From positions 1 to 64,000 of IMG/VR virus record IMGVR_UViG_3300036939_000049: DNA of 64,000 nt; one strand, 5' to 3'. The stretch is from a virus. Positions 47,857 to 56,966 of this stretch are shown piece by piece. Within the stretch, counting starts at the first letter, position 1, and each line of letters begins with the position of its first letter. The notes under the pieces are model-generated. The model ran no database searches. It was not told the origin of the DNA and saw only the letters and a list, made by a program, of their open reading frames with translations. The position numbers were made by a program, and so were the translations under genes.

Positions 47857-47874
47857 TTCAATAGATTTCGCTGA

Positions 47875-48642
47875 CTATACAGTCACCAGCAATTCCGGTC
47901 TTTCGACTACATCCGATTCTTGTTTTCCACGACTTAATACTAAGTCGCCCACGCCCGTTCGTTCACATTGGAAGTGAACTAACATCCAGCCAGCCTTAGT
48001 ACGAATCCGAGCAGCCTGCTCAAACCGGGTTTTACCCTGTGCATACAGCTGTCGTTTCTGCTCTAAATCTTCTGGATGCCAGTCTCCAGATGTGTCGCGC
48101 TGAATCGCGGCTTTCATGTCTTCCATAGACAAAGCATTGAAATTGAACAAATCAACGCTTGCCTTGTTAATACCCCACTGGATAGTGCGAATAACACCAC
48201 CGTTACTATTTAAGATGGGCTGAACCAAACCCATCGGCTCATCGGAATTTTGCATTCGGTCAATAACGGCATCCATTTGTAATTTCTGGTCTGGGGTGAT
48301 AATTCCACCAAACCAGACAAAACGATCGGGCACTTGAATGCTTGATGCTAGATTAGAAGTTGATTCCATTGTTTCTCTCCTTGGTATAGGTATTGGTTCT
48401 TCGGGAGCCATGCTGGCAAATACCCGGTAACCGTTTACTTTGCCAGGGCAGCAAATCTGAGCAACGTCCAGCCCTACCCGGCGTAAAAGTAGGGCTATCC
48501 GCTCAGAGACACCTGGTTTTTTGATAAGGGTCTGCACAGAAGATTTAGGTAAACCCCTTAGCACTAGTTTATTTCCTTCAGCCTGCCAGCCTAACTGCAA
48601 AAGGCTTAAATCAAGTTTGTCTACAGCGTTGTCAAACCCCAT
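47875..48642 (-). CDS. PAS-domain protein
   Basis: INKASVDLF...WHPEDLE...FEQAARIRTKAG PAS/PAC pattern. Confidence 0.6.
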   Translation of the reverse strand: MGFDNAVDKLDLSLLQLGWQAEGNKLVLRGLPKSSVQTLIKKPGVSERIALLLRRVGLDVAQICCPGKVNGYRVFASMAPEEPIPIPRRETMESTSNLASSIQVPDRFVWFGGIITPDQKLQMDAVIDRMQNSDEPMGLVQPILNSNGGVIRTIQWGINKASVDLFNFNALSMEDMKAAIQRDTSGDWHPEDLEQKRQLYAQGKTRFEQAARIRTKAGWMLVHFQCERTGVGDLVLSRGKQESDVVERPELLVTV

Positions 48643-49165
48643 TCCTCTTTCTTCCTCTCTTGTGTTTTTGGACGAGCTTGACGATTTCTGTCAAGCTTTC
48701 CGCTTCAGTATCTTCAAGGTCTAAAGCCCCTGAAAGCTCTAGGGCATCATCTGAATCAGCTTTTGCTGTGATCAGCTTTTGAATAAACGCGATCGCGAGC
48801 TTGCCCGCATCTTCTATTTCATCTTCTTCATGCGGTAGATTTTCACGCTGCCGCATAGTGGACTCCGCCTGAGCCAAAATTTCGCGACCCAGCCGAATCA
48901 ACTGAATTCCAGAAAACCGGGCGAATGATCGACGTACCTCGTCAATTGACAACACGCGATCGCTTACGCTGCTTTTTTCGTCTAGCTTCAGTAGCCCACG
49001 TGCAAACCGCTCAATAACTTCGGCAAATGAAACCCCCAAGGAATCAGCGATTTCCTTGAAAAGTCGTTTGCCCGTAGCCGTCAGTTGAAGGTTAAGGCGT
49101 TCCGATTTCGGCTCATCCCATGCTTCACCCTGCCCCCGTCGAGATTTGATTCCTTTTTTTCCCAT
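48632..49165 (-). CDS. RHH/CopG-type regulator
   Basis: WDEPKSERLNLQLT...LGVSFAEVIERFAR; overlaps the PAS gene start. Confidence 0.7.
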   Translation of the reverse strand: MGKKGIKSRRGQGEAWDEPKSERLNLQLTATGKRLFKEIADSLGVSFAEVIERFARGLLKLDEKSSVSDRVLSIDEVRRSFARFSGIQLIRLGREILAQAESTMRQRENLPHEEDEIEDAGKLAIAFIQKLITAKADSDDALELSGALDLEDTEAESLTEIVKLVQKHKRGRKRNGV

Positions 49166-49569
49166 TTTTTTATCCTAAGGCATTGCACGATACCTCCACC
49201 AGCAGAAGCCCCGATATATAGGTACTCTATCATTTATTTATTTATTTGTACGATGCCCTTGACAAGGCTCTACAGAGCACCTAAAGTAAGTAACAGGTCG
49301 AGCAAAGACCTTTTGCACCTTGCAGGCTACACAAAACCGTGTAAGCCAGCAGGTTTACACGGTTTCTTTTTCTATGAAAGAACTATTTTGTCTCTCGGCT
49401 CTCGCGATCGCGCTCCTCCTTCTCATAGGAATAACCGCGCAATCGACTATCGAGCTATCCAATCCTTTACTCGAACGAAACGATGAATTTTAAGTCAATG
49501 TTTCACCTAACCCTAGAGCTAGGTGCTTGGTTAGTGACAATGCAAGTTTTGGTAAGTTTAATCCACGAA

Positions 49570-49768
49570 CTAGGGTAGTAGTTTTATCCAAAACTCACAC
49601 CGTTTACCTGGATTAGCCGCTGCCGCTCTGGCAATCACTTGAACTAACTTTTCTAATTCCCAGCTTTCTTCATCAGGGCTTCTGAGAATCACCTCAGCTT
49701 CTGGTACTGAGAGGAAAGCGTTCACATGCACTGTTTCGCTGACCTTGTACACGCCTTTTGTTTCGCTC
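49570..49768 (-). pseudogene. 66-aa gene whose ATG is split by IscB element 1
   Basis: Removing 49769..51388 rejoins AT (51390-51389) with G (49768) to give MSETKGVYKV...IKLLP. Confidence 0.65.
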
Positions 49769-50013
49769 GTCAATAACTCGCCGCTAAGTTCTAACGAACT
49801 ATAGCGGGAGCTTGTGAAAACAGGCTCTAGTTGACCAGACTCAGTTCGCAAGAACTACGTTATTCAGTTCATGAAACCTACAAATACGTGCCAGTTTGTA
49901 GCTCTTTCGTACAACGTTAAACATCTGTAATGAGTTAAGGAAGTGCGTTGTGCTAAAAAAGGCTGGATAACATTGTCGAGGCAAACTTAACCAGTAATGA
50001 GAGTCTCAAAGTA
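49769..50013 (+). ncRNA. omega-RNA (HEARO-like) scaffold 1
   Basis: gtcaa...gttgaccagact...tacgtgccag...gaggcaaacttaaccag upstream of iscB; blocks conserved with element 2. Confidence 0.75.
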
Positions 50014-51297
50014 ATGCGAGTTTTCGTTCTAGATAAAAACCTAATTCCTCTTGACCCTTGCCATCCAGCACGGGCGAGAGAACTACTACAAAAGGGGAGG
50101 GCTAAAGTATTCAAGCGATATCCATTCACTATTGTTCTACAAGATAGAACTGCGGAGGATTCGGTTACACATCCACATCGAGTCAAAATTGACCCAGGTA
50201 GCAAAGTTACAGGGTTTGCGGTTGTTCAAGAAGAAACAGGGCGAGTAACAAATGCTTTAGAAGTTGCCCATCGGGGACAGCAAATCAAGGACTCCCTTGA
50301 GTCTCGACGCGCTTTAAGAAGAGGTCGGCGCAATCGAAAAACTCGATACCGCAAGCCTCGCTTCTTGAACAGAACTCGTAAAGCTGGATGGCTTCCACCT
50401 TCTCTTGAGAGTCGTATTACCAACATTGAGACTTGGGTAAAGAGACTCAGAAAACTTTGCCCAGTTACTGCAATTTCTCAGGAATTGGTAAGGTTTGATC
50501 TACAGAAAATAGAGAATCCAGAAATTAGTGGGGTTGAGTATCAAAGAGGCGAACTGTTTGGCTTCGAGGTTAAGGAATATTTATTAGCTAAATGGAACAG
50601 GAAATGCGCCTATTGTGGAGTTGAGAACGTTCCTTTCGAGATTGAACATATCCTTGCCAAAAGCAAAGGGGGTTCAAACCGAGTTAGTAACCTCTGCCTA
50701 AGCTGTCATTCCTGCAACCAATCCAAGGGTAACAAGCCTGTTGAGGAATTCCTCAAGAAAAAGCCTGAAGTTCTCAAGAGGGTATTAGCTCAAGCCAAAG
50801 CACCCCTTAAAGATGCTGCTGCGGTTAACGCAACTCGTTGGGAACTGTATAGCCGCCTTCAATCTACGGGTTTACCTGTAGAGGTTGGGTCAGGCGGTCG
50901 AACAAAGTTTAACCGTAAAACCAGGGGGATTGAGAAACATCACTGGACAGATGCCGCTTGTGTTGGAGCATCAACTCCAGAACAACTTCTGCTTAAGGGT
51001 GTCAAACCTCTGATTGTTAAAGCTAAAGGTCACGGAACTAGGCAACGCTGTCGCCCTGATAAGTTTGGTTTTCCAAAAGCGCATGCGCCCAGCGCTAAGT
51101 ATTTTCAGGGCTTCCAAACCGGAGACATCGTTAAAGCCAACATCCCGTCTGGAAAATTTGCAGGTAATTATGTTGGCAGAGTTGCTATTCGATTTAGACC
51201 AAGTTTCGTCTTGCAACTGCCTACTCAAAAATTTGATGTACACCCAAAATACTTGAAAACTATCCACAAAGCGGACGGCTATGAATATCAATTCTGA
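50014..51297 (+). CDS. iscB: RNA-guided endonuclease IscB
   Basis: PLDPCHPARAR (PLMP), IDPGSK, RRGRR bridge helix, ELVRFD, HNH EH..N..CN, HWTDA. Confidence 0.95.
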   Translation: MRVFVLDKNLIPLDPCHPARARELLQKGRAKVFKRYPFTIVLQDRTAEDSVTHPHRVKIDPGSKVTGFAVVQEETGRVTNALEVAHRGQQIKDSLESRRALRRGRRNRKTRYRKPRFLNRTRKAGWLPPSLESRITNIETWVKRLRKLCPVTAISQELVRFDLQKIENPEISGVEYQRGELFGFEVKEYLLAKWNRKCAYCGVENVPFEIEHILAKSKGGSNRVSNLCLSCHSCNQSKGNKPVEEFLKKKPEVLKRVLAQAKAPLKDAAAVNATRWELYSRLQSTGLPVEVGSGGRTKFNRKTRGIEKHHWTDAACVGASTPEQLLLKGVKPLIVKAKGHGTRQRCRPDKFGFPKAHAPSAKYFQGFQTGDIVKANIPSGKFAGNYVGRVAIRFRPSFVLQLPTQKFDVHPKYLKTIHKADGYEYQF

Positions 51298-51546
51298 AAA
51301 GGATTCGCTTCGCTCAATTATTCTTGGCGGCAATTCCCCTCCCGCTAACCCTATCGGGTATAACGGGAGTCCCCTTGCCGCATTTTAGATGGTATTTTGG
51401 GGAACTCTAAAAGGGACACGCGATCGCTAGTGGTCTAGCAGCACAAGTCAGCTGACTGGGTTCAATTCCTGACGATTGCAACTGAGAGCCAGCAGATTAC
51501 GAGGCTTCTGGCTCCCAGGTAAACCTTAGTTAGGTTCTACATTATC

Positions 51547-51666
51547 ATGCCACCAACCGACGACGAAATTCGACGGACTGAAGAAACTAAAAGAGTTTTA
51601 AAAGAGGCGGTCGATAAGCGGGAGGCTGAGCAAGCCGCTAAACAGCGGGGGGATAAGCCAAAGTGA
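51547..51666 (+). CDS. Unannotated 39-aa charged peptide
   Basis: MPPTDDEIRR...DKPK; its TGA overlaps the GTG of the next ORF. Confidence 0.4.
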   Translation: MPPTDDEIRRTEETKRVLKEAVDKREAEQAAKQRGDKPK

Positions 51667-51782
51667 AATATCTAATGTTCGCGATCGCGCTGACCACCTT
51701 GCTCTGTTTCAAAGCTTGTCCTGAGTCCCCCGACCGAGGCGACTGCCGAGAAAACTGCCCGAAACCAACTCAACCCAAGTAG
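51663..51782 (+). CDS. Unannotated 39-aa putatively secreted peptide
   Basis: MKYLMFAIALTTLLCFKAC-PESPDRGDCRENCPKPTQPK; signal-peptide-like N-terminus. Confidence 0.5.
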   Translation: MKYLMFAIALTTLLCFKACPESPDRGDCRENCPKPTQPK

Positions 51783-51922
51783 TTTCGCGCACCTGCTCAT
51801 TCCTTTTAAGGTTGAGCGGGATGGGCGAATCAATAAAGCCCCCTAGCGGTAGAGTTTCTATCATCTCGACCGGGTGAGCCGCTAGGTTTCTTCTTCCAAT
51901 TAATTAAATAAGGTTAACAGCC

Positions 51923-52135
51923 ATGCCAATGACTAAATTGCAACGTGAACAGCATCGGTTAGTTTTGCTACGTCGTTATCGCCAGCAATTGATTAACCAG
52001 GGTATATGCGAAGACTTGGCGAATGCCGCATTCCGCATCTGGAAGCGCGGTGTTCAACGTCAAAGAGATACACTAATTCTCGATCGCATCGAAGAACTTC
52101 TGGCTATGCCCGTATCCCGTCGTTTAGCGGCTTAG
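51923..52135 (+). CDS. Small hypothetical protein
   Basis: 70 aa with AAGG upstream; first of a tightly packed run of small ORFs ending at 52961. Confidence 0.5.
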   Translation: MPMTKLQREQHRLVLLRRYRQQLINQGICEDLANAAFRIWKRGVQRQRDTLILDRIEELLAMPVSRRLAA

Positions 52136-52400
52136 GTAAAATGCAACAAAACTGGAAAATAGGCGATCACGTCCGCTCCCAAACTAAACTACATCGGGTA
52201 ACCGGTACAAAACCCAATGGTGTTGAGTTGACCTCAGAGGACGGATGTGTCAAAACTCATTCACAAGAGGTGTTTGAAAGCAATGGCTTCCACAAAGAAG
52301 AGATTAACTTTTGTCGAAGTTCGCAAACTAGCGAATCAGAAAGGGTTGTCGATGGACAGACATCATAAGCAAGGTTTCCGCATATGGGACAACACTTTCC

Positions 52401-52781
52401 ATGCAGAGAAATACAACAGCAAAAATCTCTACCCAAATTTGCATGCTGCAAAAGAGTTCATCGAAAGTTACGAACCCAGTACATCTAGCTGAACCTGCTG
52501 AGTACGTTTATTTGAGGCACTGGCAAAGCGGGGTCATTATTCGGTGTCGGTTAACACGCGATCGCGCAGACTTCCAAATCGAAAATTTCTTAGGTTCTCA
52601 AGTTCTCGACTACATCAACAGCTTTTGGGAACCAATATCGAGTAGTGCTGTTTTGTATGTAGGTAACCCACCAAATCTAAAGCTGCGTCATCAGCAGCGT
52701 GCATACTATCTCCAAAACTACCTCAATCGTCTACAGTTCCAAAGGATTGAGGAGTTACTAAAAGCATTAACAGTGAGGTAA
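52401..52781 (+). CDS. Hypothetical protein
   Basis: 126-aa ORF in the small-gene cluster. Confidence 0.45.
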   Translation: MQRNTTAKISTQICMLQKSSSKVTNPVHLAEPAEYVYLRHWQSGVIIRCRLTRDRADFQIENFLGSQVLDYINSFWEPISSSAVLYVGNPPNLKLRHQQRAYYLQNYLNRLQFQRIEELLKALTVR

Positions 52782-52969
52782 ATCATGCAGAGAATTGTTA
52801 CGGTTGCCAAGTATCAGAAAGCTGCTGACAGCGATGTTAAACATCTCTTGATAGCAGCCAACAAAGATTGGATTGAATGCGACAAGCTTACTCATTCGCT
52901 GGCTTGGAAAACCATCACATCTGGAGGTGTATTTTTTTCAAGTGAGCGCATTTCAAAGTAAGGCGGAGT

Positions 52970-53213
52970 GTCAACGACCCGCCGCTAACCGCTTAGGCGG
53001 TATAGCGGGGGCTTGAAAGAGTCCTACGTTGACCAGCTCACTTGGTAACAAGTAAACGTTAATTTGGTCATCTCACCTTGGGGTACGTGCCAGCTCCAAG
53101 CTCTGAGGTTCAACATTAAACAGCAAGGACGGGAAAACCAAGCAGTGTGTTGAACGTAAAAAGCCAAGTTAACTGAGCGAGGCAAACTTAACCAGTAATG
53201 AGAGGCAGCAGTA
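52970..53213 (+). ncRNA. omega-RNA (HEARO-like) scaffold 2
   Basis: Shares gttgaccag, tacgtgccag and gaggcaaacttaaccagtaatgagag blocks with scaffold 1. Confidence 0.75.
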
Positions 53214-54497
53214 ATGCGCGTTTTCGTTCTAGACAAAAACTTAAAGCCTCTTGACCCTTGCCATCCTGCACGGGCAAGAGAACTACTACAAAAAAGGAGG
53301 GCGAAAGTATTCAAGCGCTATCCATTCACCATTGTTTTGCAAGATAGAACCGTTGAGGATTCGGTTACACATCCTCACCGAATCAAAATTGACCCCGGTA
53401 GCAAAATCACGGGCTTTGCTGTTGTTCAAGAGAAGACAGGTCGCGTCACAAGCGCCATTGAAGTCTCGCACCGAGGGCTGCAAATCAAGGATGCTCTTGA
53501 GTCACGCAGGGCATTACGAAGGGGTCGGCGTAACCGTAAAACCCGTTACCGTAAACCTCGTTTCTTGAACAGAACTCGTAAACAGGGATGGCTTCCACCT
53601 TCTTTTGAAAGTCGAATAGCCAATATTGAGACTTGGGTGCGGAGGATCAGAAAACTCTGTCCAATTTCAGACATCTCTCAAGAACTGGTAAGGTTTGACC
53701 TTCAACAGATGGAAAATCCTGAAATATCAGGAGTTGAGTATCAAAGAGGGGAGTTATTCGGATTTGAAGTTAAGGAGTACTTACTTCAAAAATGGGGTAG
53801 AAAATGTGCCTACTGCGGCATTGAAAACGTTCCGTTCGAGATTGAACATATCCTCGCCAAAAGCAAAGGTGGCTCTAATAGAGTTAGCAATCTCTGTCTG
53901 AGTTGTCATTCATGCAACCAAGCCAAAGGCAACAAGCCTGTTGAGGAATTCCTCAAGAAAAAACCTGAAGTTCTCAAACAGATTTTAGCTCAAGCCAAAG
54001 CACCTCTCAAAGATGCTGCGGCTGTCAATGCGACCCGATGGGAACTGTACAGACGACTGCAATCAACTGGGTTGCCTGTAGAAGTCGGGTCTGGCGGTCG
54101 GACAAAGTTCAATCGTAAAACCAGAGGGATTGAAAAAGCTCACTGGACTGATGCAGCTTGTGTAGGTGCGTCTACTCCAGGGCGATTACTTCTTAATGGG
54201 GTAAAACCACTGAATGTCAAAGCCAAAGGGCATGGAAGAAGGCAGCGTTGCGGTACAGACAAATTTGGATTCCCAGTCCGTCATGCTCCAAGTCAGAAAC
54301 TTTTCATGGGATTCCAGACAGGTGACTTGGTTAAAGCTGATGTTCTGGCTGGAAAGTATGCAGGGAGCTATACGGGTCGAATTGCAATCCGATTCAAACC
54401 AAGTTTCAAGTTAACAACTGGAGGAAAGAGTTTTGACGTGCATCCGAAATATTTGAAGACCATCCATAAGGCTGATGGCTACGAATATGCATCCTAA
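53214..54497 (+). CDS. iscB: RNA-guided endonuclease IscB (second copy)
   Basis: Same motifs and length (427 aa) as copy 1; most divergent at the C-terminus. Confidence 0.95.
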   Translation: MRVFVLDKNLKPLDPCHPARARELLQKRRAKVFKRYPFTIVLQDRTVEDSVTHPHRIKIDPGSKITGFAVVQEKTGRVTSAIEVSHRGLQIKDALESRRALRRGRRNRKTRYRKPRFLNRTRKQGWLPPSFESRIANIETWVRRIRKLCPISDISQELVRFDLQQMENPEISGVEYQRGELFGFEVKEYLLQKWGRKCAYCGIENVPFEIEHILAKSKGGSNRVSNLCLSCHSCNQAKGNKPVEEFLKKKPEVLKQILAQAKAPLKDAAAVNATRWELYRRLQSTGLPVEVGSGGRTKFNRKTRGIEKAHWTDAACVGASTPGRLLLNGVKPLNVKAKGHGRRQRCGTDKFGFPVRHAPSQKLFMGFQTGDLVKADVLAGKYAGSYTGRIAIRFKPSFKLTTGGKSFDVHPKYLKTIHKADGYEYAS

Positions 54498-54655
54498 GAA
54501 CAAGGATTCGCTATCGCTCAATTTATTTACTGGCGGCAATTCCCCAGACGCTAAGTTGTCGGCGGTACTCGCCTTACGGCTCGATATATCCGCCTCAACT
54601 ATAGCATCCGCCCCCTTGCCGCATTCTAGGTGGTGTGTTTAGTTCAGATTAAAAA

Positions 54656-55759
54656 ATGGTAAAAAGAGGACCAAAGATAAACCTCCGCGAAGCTTGGGAG
54701 GATGACGAAGAAGAGGTTCTTCCTGAACCTGAACTGGAGCTTGATGAGGTCGAATCAGCTCCAGATATTGAAGAAGTCCAGCAAGTTGAAGAAGAGGAAA
54801 TTGTAGATGAGCGCGATCGCGCCAACCCAGAACCGGACGAACCTCAACAAGAGCCTGAGCAACCAAAGGCTGAGGAAGTCAAAAAAAAAGATGAGCTGCT
54901 TGTCCGTCACATAATCCCAATCGACCCGGAACTGGCGGAGCGAATGTGGGGGCGACCGTTAACCCCAGAGCAGCGTCAGCAACTTGAAGAAGACTGGGCG
55001 TTAGGCTTCCGACAATTAACGGATGAAGAGAGACGCTTCTGCGGTATCTCAAACAACCCGGAAACTTATTCTCGGATGGAGGCTCTTTCAAAGAATTACT
55101 TGAAGGTATCTTTCCAGCAAGGTAAAGACGACTTAATTGTCTTAGAGTTAGCCAGCAAACAATACGGCTGGCCGGAGGGCTACCTCCGTGATGAGAACGG
55201 ACGATTTACCGATCGCTGTGTTTTTGAACTCATGCAGCTTCGGCGTCGCGTTCGAGAATGGATACTTCCTGAAGAACCTGATGGGAGCATAGCTCTCGAA
55301 AAATATAAGCGAGGAGACTTAGCCGCCAAGCGCGGGATTCGGATAAAAAACCCACGTTACAGCCAACGGTTTGATTATCTAGATGCCCTGTTTGAACGGG
55401 CTAAACGCTGGAGGGCATGGAAAGAGGAACGCGATCGCGCAGTCCCTGTTGTTGTTGATGTTGGCGAAGCCGTGTTTGGGGAATTAGTTCTAACTCCTCA
55501 GACTAGAAGTCAACACGAAGCTCAACGCAGTGTCGCCCTTCAAAAGCTGGAAGAAGCAGAGCACTTACTGTGTTCTGTCCCGGAGCAGTTGAAAGACTCC
55601 ATCTGGGAAACAGTCCGCCCATTATGGGCAAACGTTGGACTTGAATTGCGAGCCAACGGTATCGCATATGCGACTCAAATAATGCAAACAGGAGAAATCA
55701 ATGAAAGCACTGAATCCGATCAGCCAAATGAACAACACCCAGACAGAGAATCCTATTGA
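54656..55759 (+). CDS. Hypothetical protein with acidic N-terminus; possible partition adaptor
   Basis: Overlaps the start of the ParM-like gene; helical C-terminus. Confidence 0.45.
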   Translation: MVKRGPKINLREAWEDDEEEVLPEPELELDEVESAPDIEEVQQVEEEEIVDERDRANPEPDEPQQEPEQPKAEEVKKKDELLVRHIIPIDPELAERMWGRPLTPEQRQQLEEDWALGFRQLTDEERRFCGISNNPETYSRMEALSKNYLKVSFQQGKDDLIVLELASKQYGWPEGYLRDENGRFTDRCVFELMQLRRRVREWILPEEPDGSIALEKYKRGDLAAKRGIRIKNPRYSQRFDYLDALFERAKRWRAWKEERDRAVPVVVDVGEAVFGELVLTPQTRSQHEAQRSVALQKLEEAEHLLCSVPEQLKDSIWETVRPLWANVGLELRANGIAYATQIMQTGEINESTESDQPNEQHPDRESY

Positions 55760-56903
55760 GATACTGGGGCGTCCAAACGACCAGACTTGGATTTTCCCAG
55801 AGCCTATTAATTTGCCAGAAATCCCTGTTTTGATGTTGGATACAGGAAAATCTCCTGACAACGGCAACAAAATTGCAATGTTTCGTGATTCACGAACGCT
55901 TAATATCAAAAAGGTTCCTTGCAACCTAAACAAGAAACCAGGGCATATTGTTCAGTCAGACCCCTCCGATTTCTTTGCAGAACAATACAGCGATCCGGAT
56001 GCATCCTTCTTGGAATTTGAGATGGATGGAGTTGTTTACACAGCTGGTAACCTTGCCGCTGACGAAAATGCTGGTGTAGGACTAGGTTTGGATAAGTTCG
56101 TTGACATAAAACCGCGTGTCACCTCGGCATTGGCTTTGTTTGGCATCACTGGACCATTCGCGTTGTGTTTGACAGCAACCTACGAAAATCTGGAGCACTT
56201 TCAATATCAGTCTCGCCAGATGGAGAACGCCCTGTTGGGTGGGTTTAATTGGACGACAATTTCTGGTTCTTTTTCTGCTCAAATCTTCAAGCAAGATACT
56301 GGGGATGACAATCCCGCAAAGAAAGGGTTGTTTACTATTCCTGAAAGTTCTGAATCCTGGCAGTTCCCTAAGCTTTTTGCTCAGGACAAAAAGCTTTCAC
56401 TAGAAGGTAAACCTAACGTAACGGTTGAGCTTGGTTTTCAGACAACGAACTATATGTTTCGTAAAGCAGGCGCGACGGCACCAGCGCCTGCTTTGTCTGG
56501 AGCCGATAAAGAACTGGGCGGAAATCTTTTTTACGCTGATATTGCTCAGCGAATTGGTGCTAATAACCCCCAATCTCCGGAATTAATTAACGCTATTAAT
56601 CGAGGTGACGCTAGTATTTACTTGCCAGAGCTGGGACAAAAGATAGCATTGCTCTCTGTAGTTAATGCGGCAAAGCCTAGCTTTGAAACTCGCTACATTG
56701 ATAGCATTCTCAAAAATATGAGGAGCGAGTACAGAATCGTAACGCTATCTGGTGGAATGGTTTACTTGTTCGGACCCGCAATCAAGCAAGCTTTAGAGCA
56801 AAAAGGGTTTGAGGTGCGATTAATTCCGCAGTTTCCTGAATTAGCTCAAATCGTGTCCATGAGCGTCATGGCTGTTAATCGCTTCTATCGGATGTTTAAC
56901 TAG
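55701..56903 (+). CDS. ParM/StbA-like actin-fold ATPase
   Basis: LMLDTG (phosphate 1), YTAGNLA, IPES, VELGFQTTN (phosphate 2), LSGGM (adenosine). Confidence 0.7.
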   Translation: MKALNPISQMNNTQTENPIEILGRPNDQTWIFPEPINLPEIPVLMLDTGKSPDNGNKIAMFRDSRTLNIKKVPCNLNKKPGHIVQSDPSDFFAEQYSDPDASFLEFEMDGVVYTAGNLAADENAGVGLGLDKFVDIKPRVTSALALFGITGPFALCLTATYENLEHFQYQSRQMENALLGGFNWTTISGSFSAQIFKQDTGDDNPAKKGLFTIPESSESWQFPKLFAQDKKLSLEGKPNVTVELGFQTTNYMFRKAGATAPAPALSGADKELGGNLFYADIAQRIGANNPQSPELINAINRGDASIYLPELGQKIALLSVVNAAKPSFETRYIDSILKNMRSEYRIVTLSGGMVYLFGPAIKQALEQKGFEVRLIPQFPELAQIVSMSVMAVNRFYRMFN

Positions 56904-56966
56904 TAGGCTTTGCGCTTCCCGCCCTCTGCAAAGTAGGCGGGACGAGCCAAGCTCAAGCATAAATCA

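Larger units (their letters stand above)
49769..51388 (+). mobile_element. Non-autonomous IS200/IS605-family IscB element 1
   Basis: Starts GTCAA plus GCTAA..TATAGC hairpin; ends with a hairpin and ttgccgcattttag; no tnpA; ATGG follows. Confidence 0.85.
52970..54629 (+). mobile_element. Non-autonomous IS200/IS605-family IscB element 2
   Basis: Starts GTCAA plus hairpin; ends ttgccgcattctag; GTGG follows; intergenic insertion. Confidence 0.85.

Noticed and set aside
49769-49851. N-terminal part of ORF 49570..49851
   Set aside because: It derives from the IS end and omega-RNA; the native start is the split ATG.
51726-51752. Calling the micro-peptide a true PatS or PatX
   Set aside because: The core is RGDCR, not RG[S/T]GR, so it is reported only as a resemblance.
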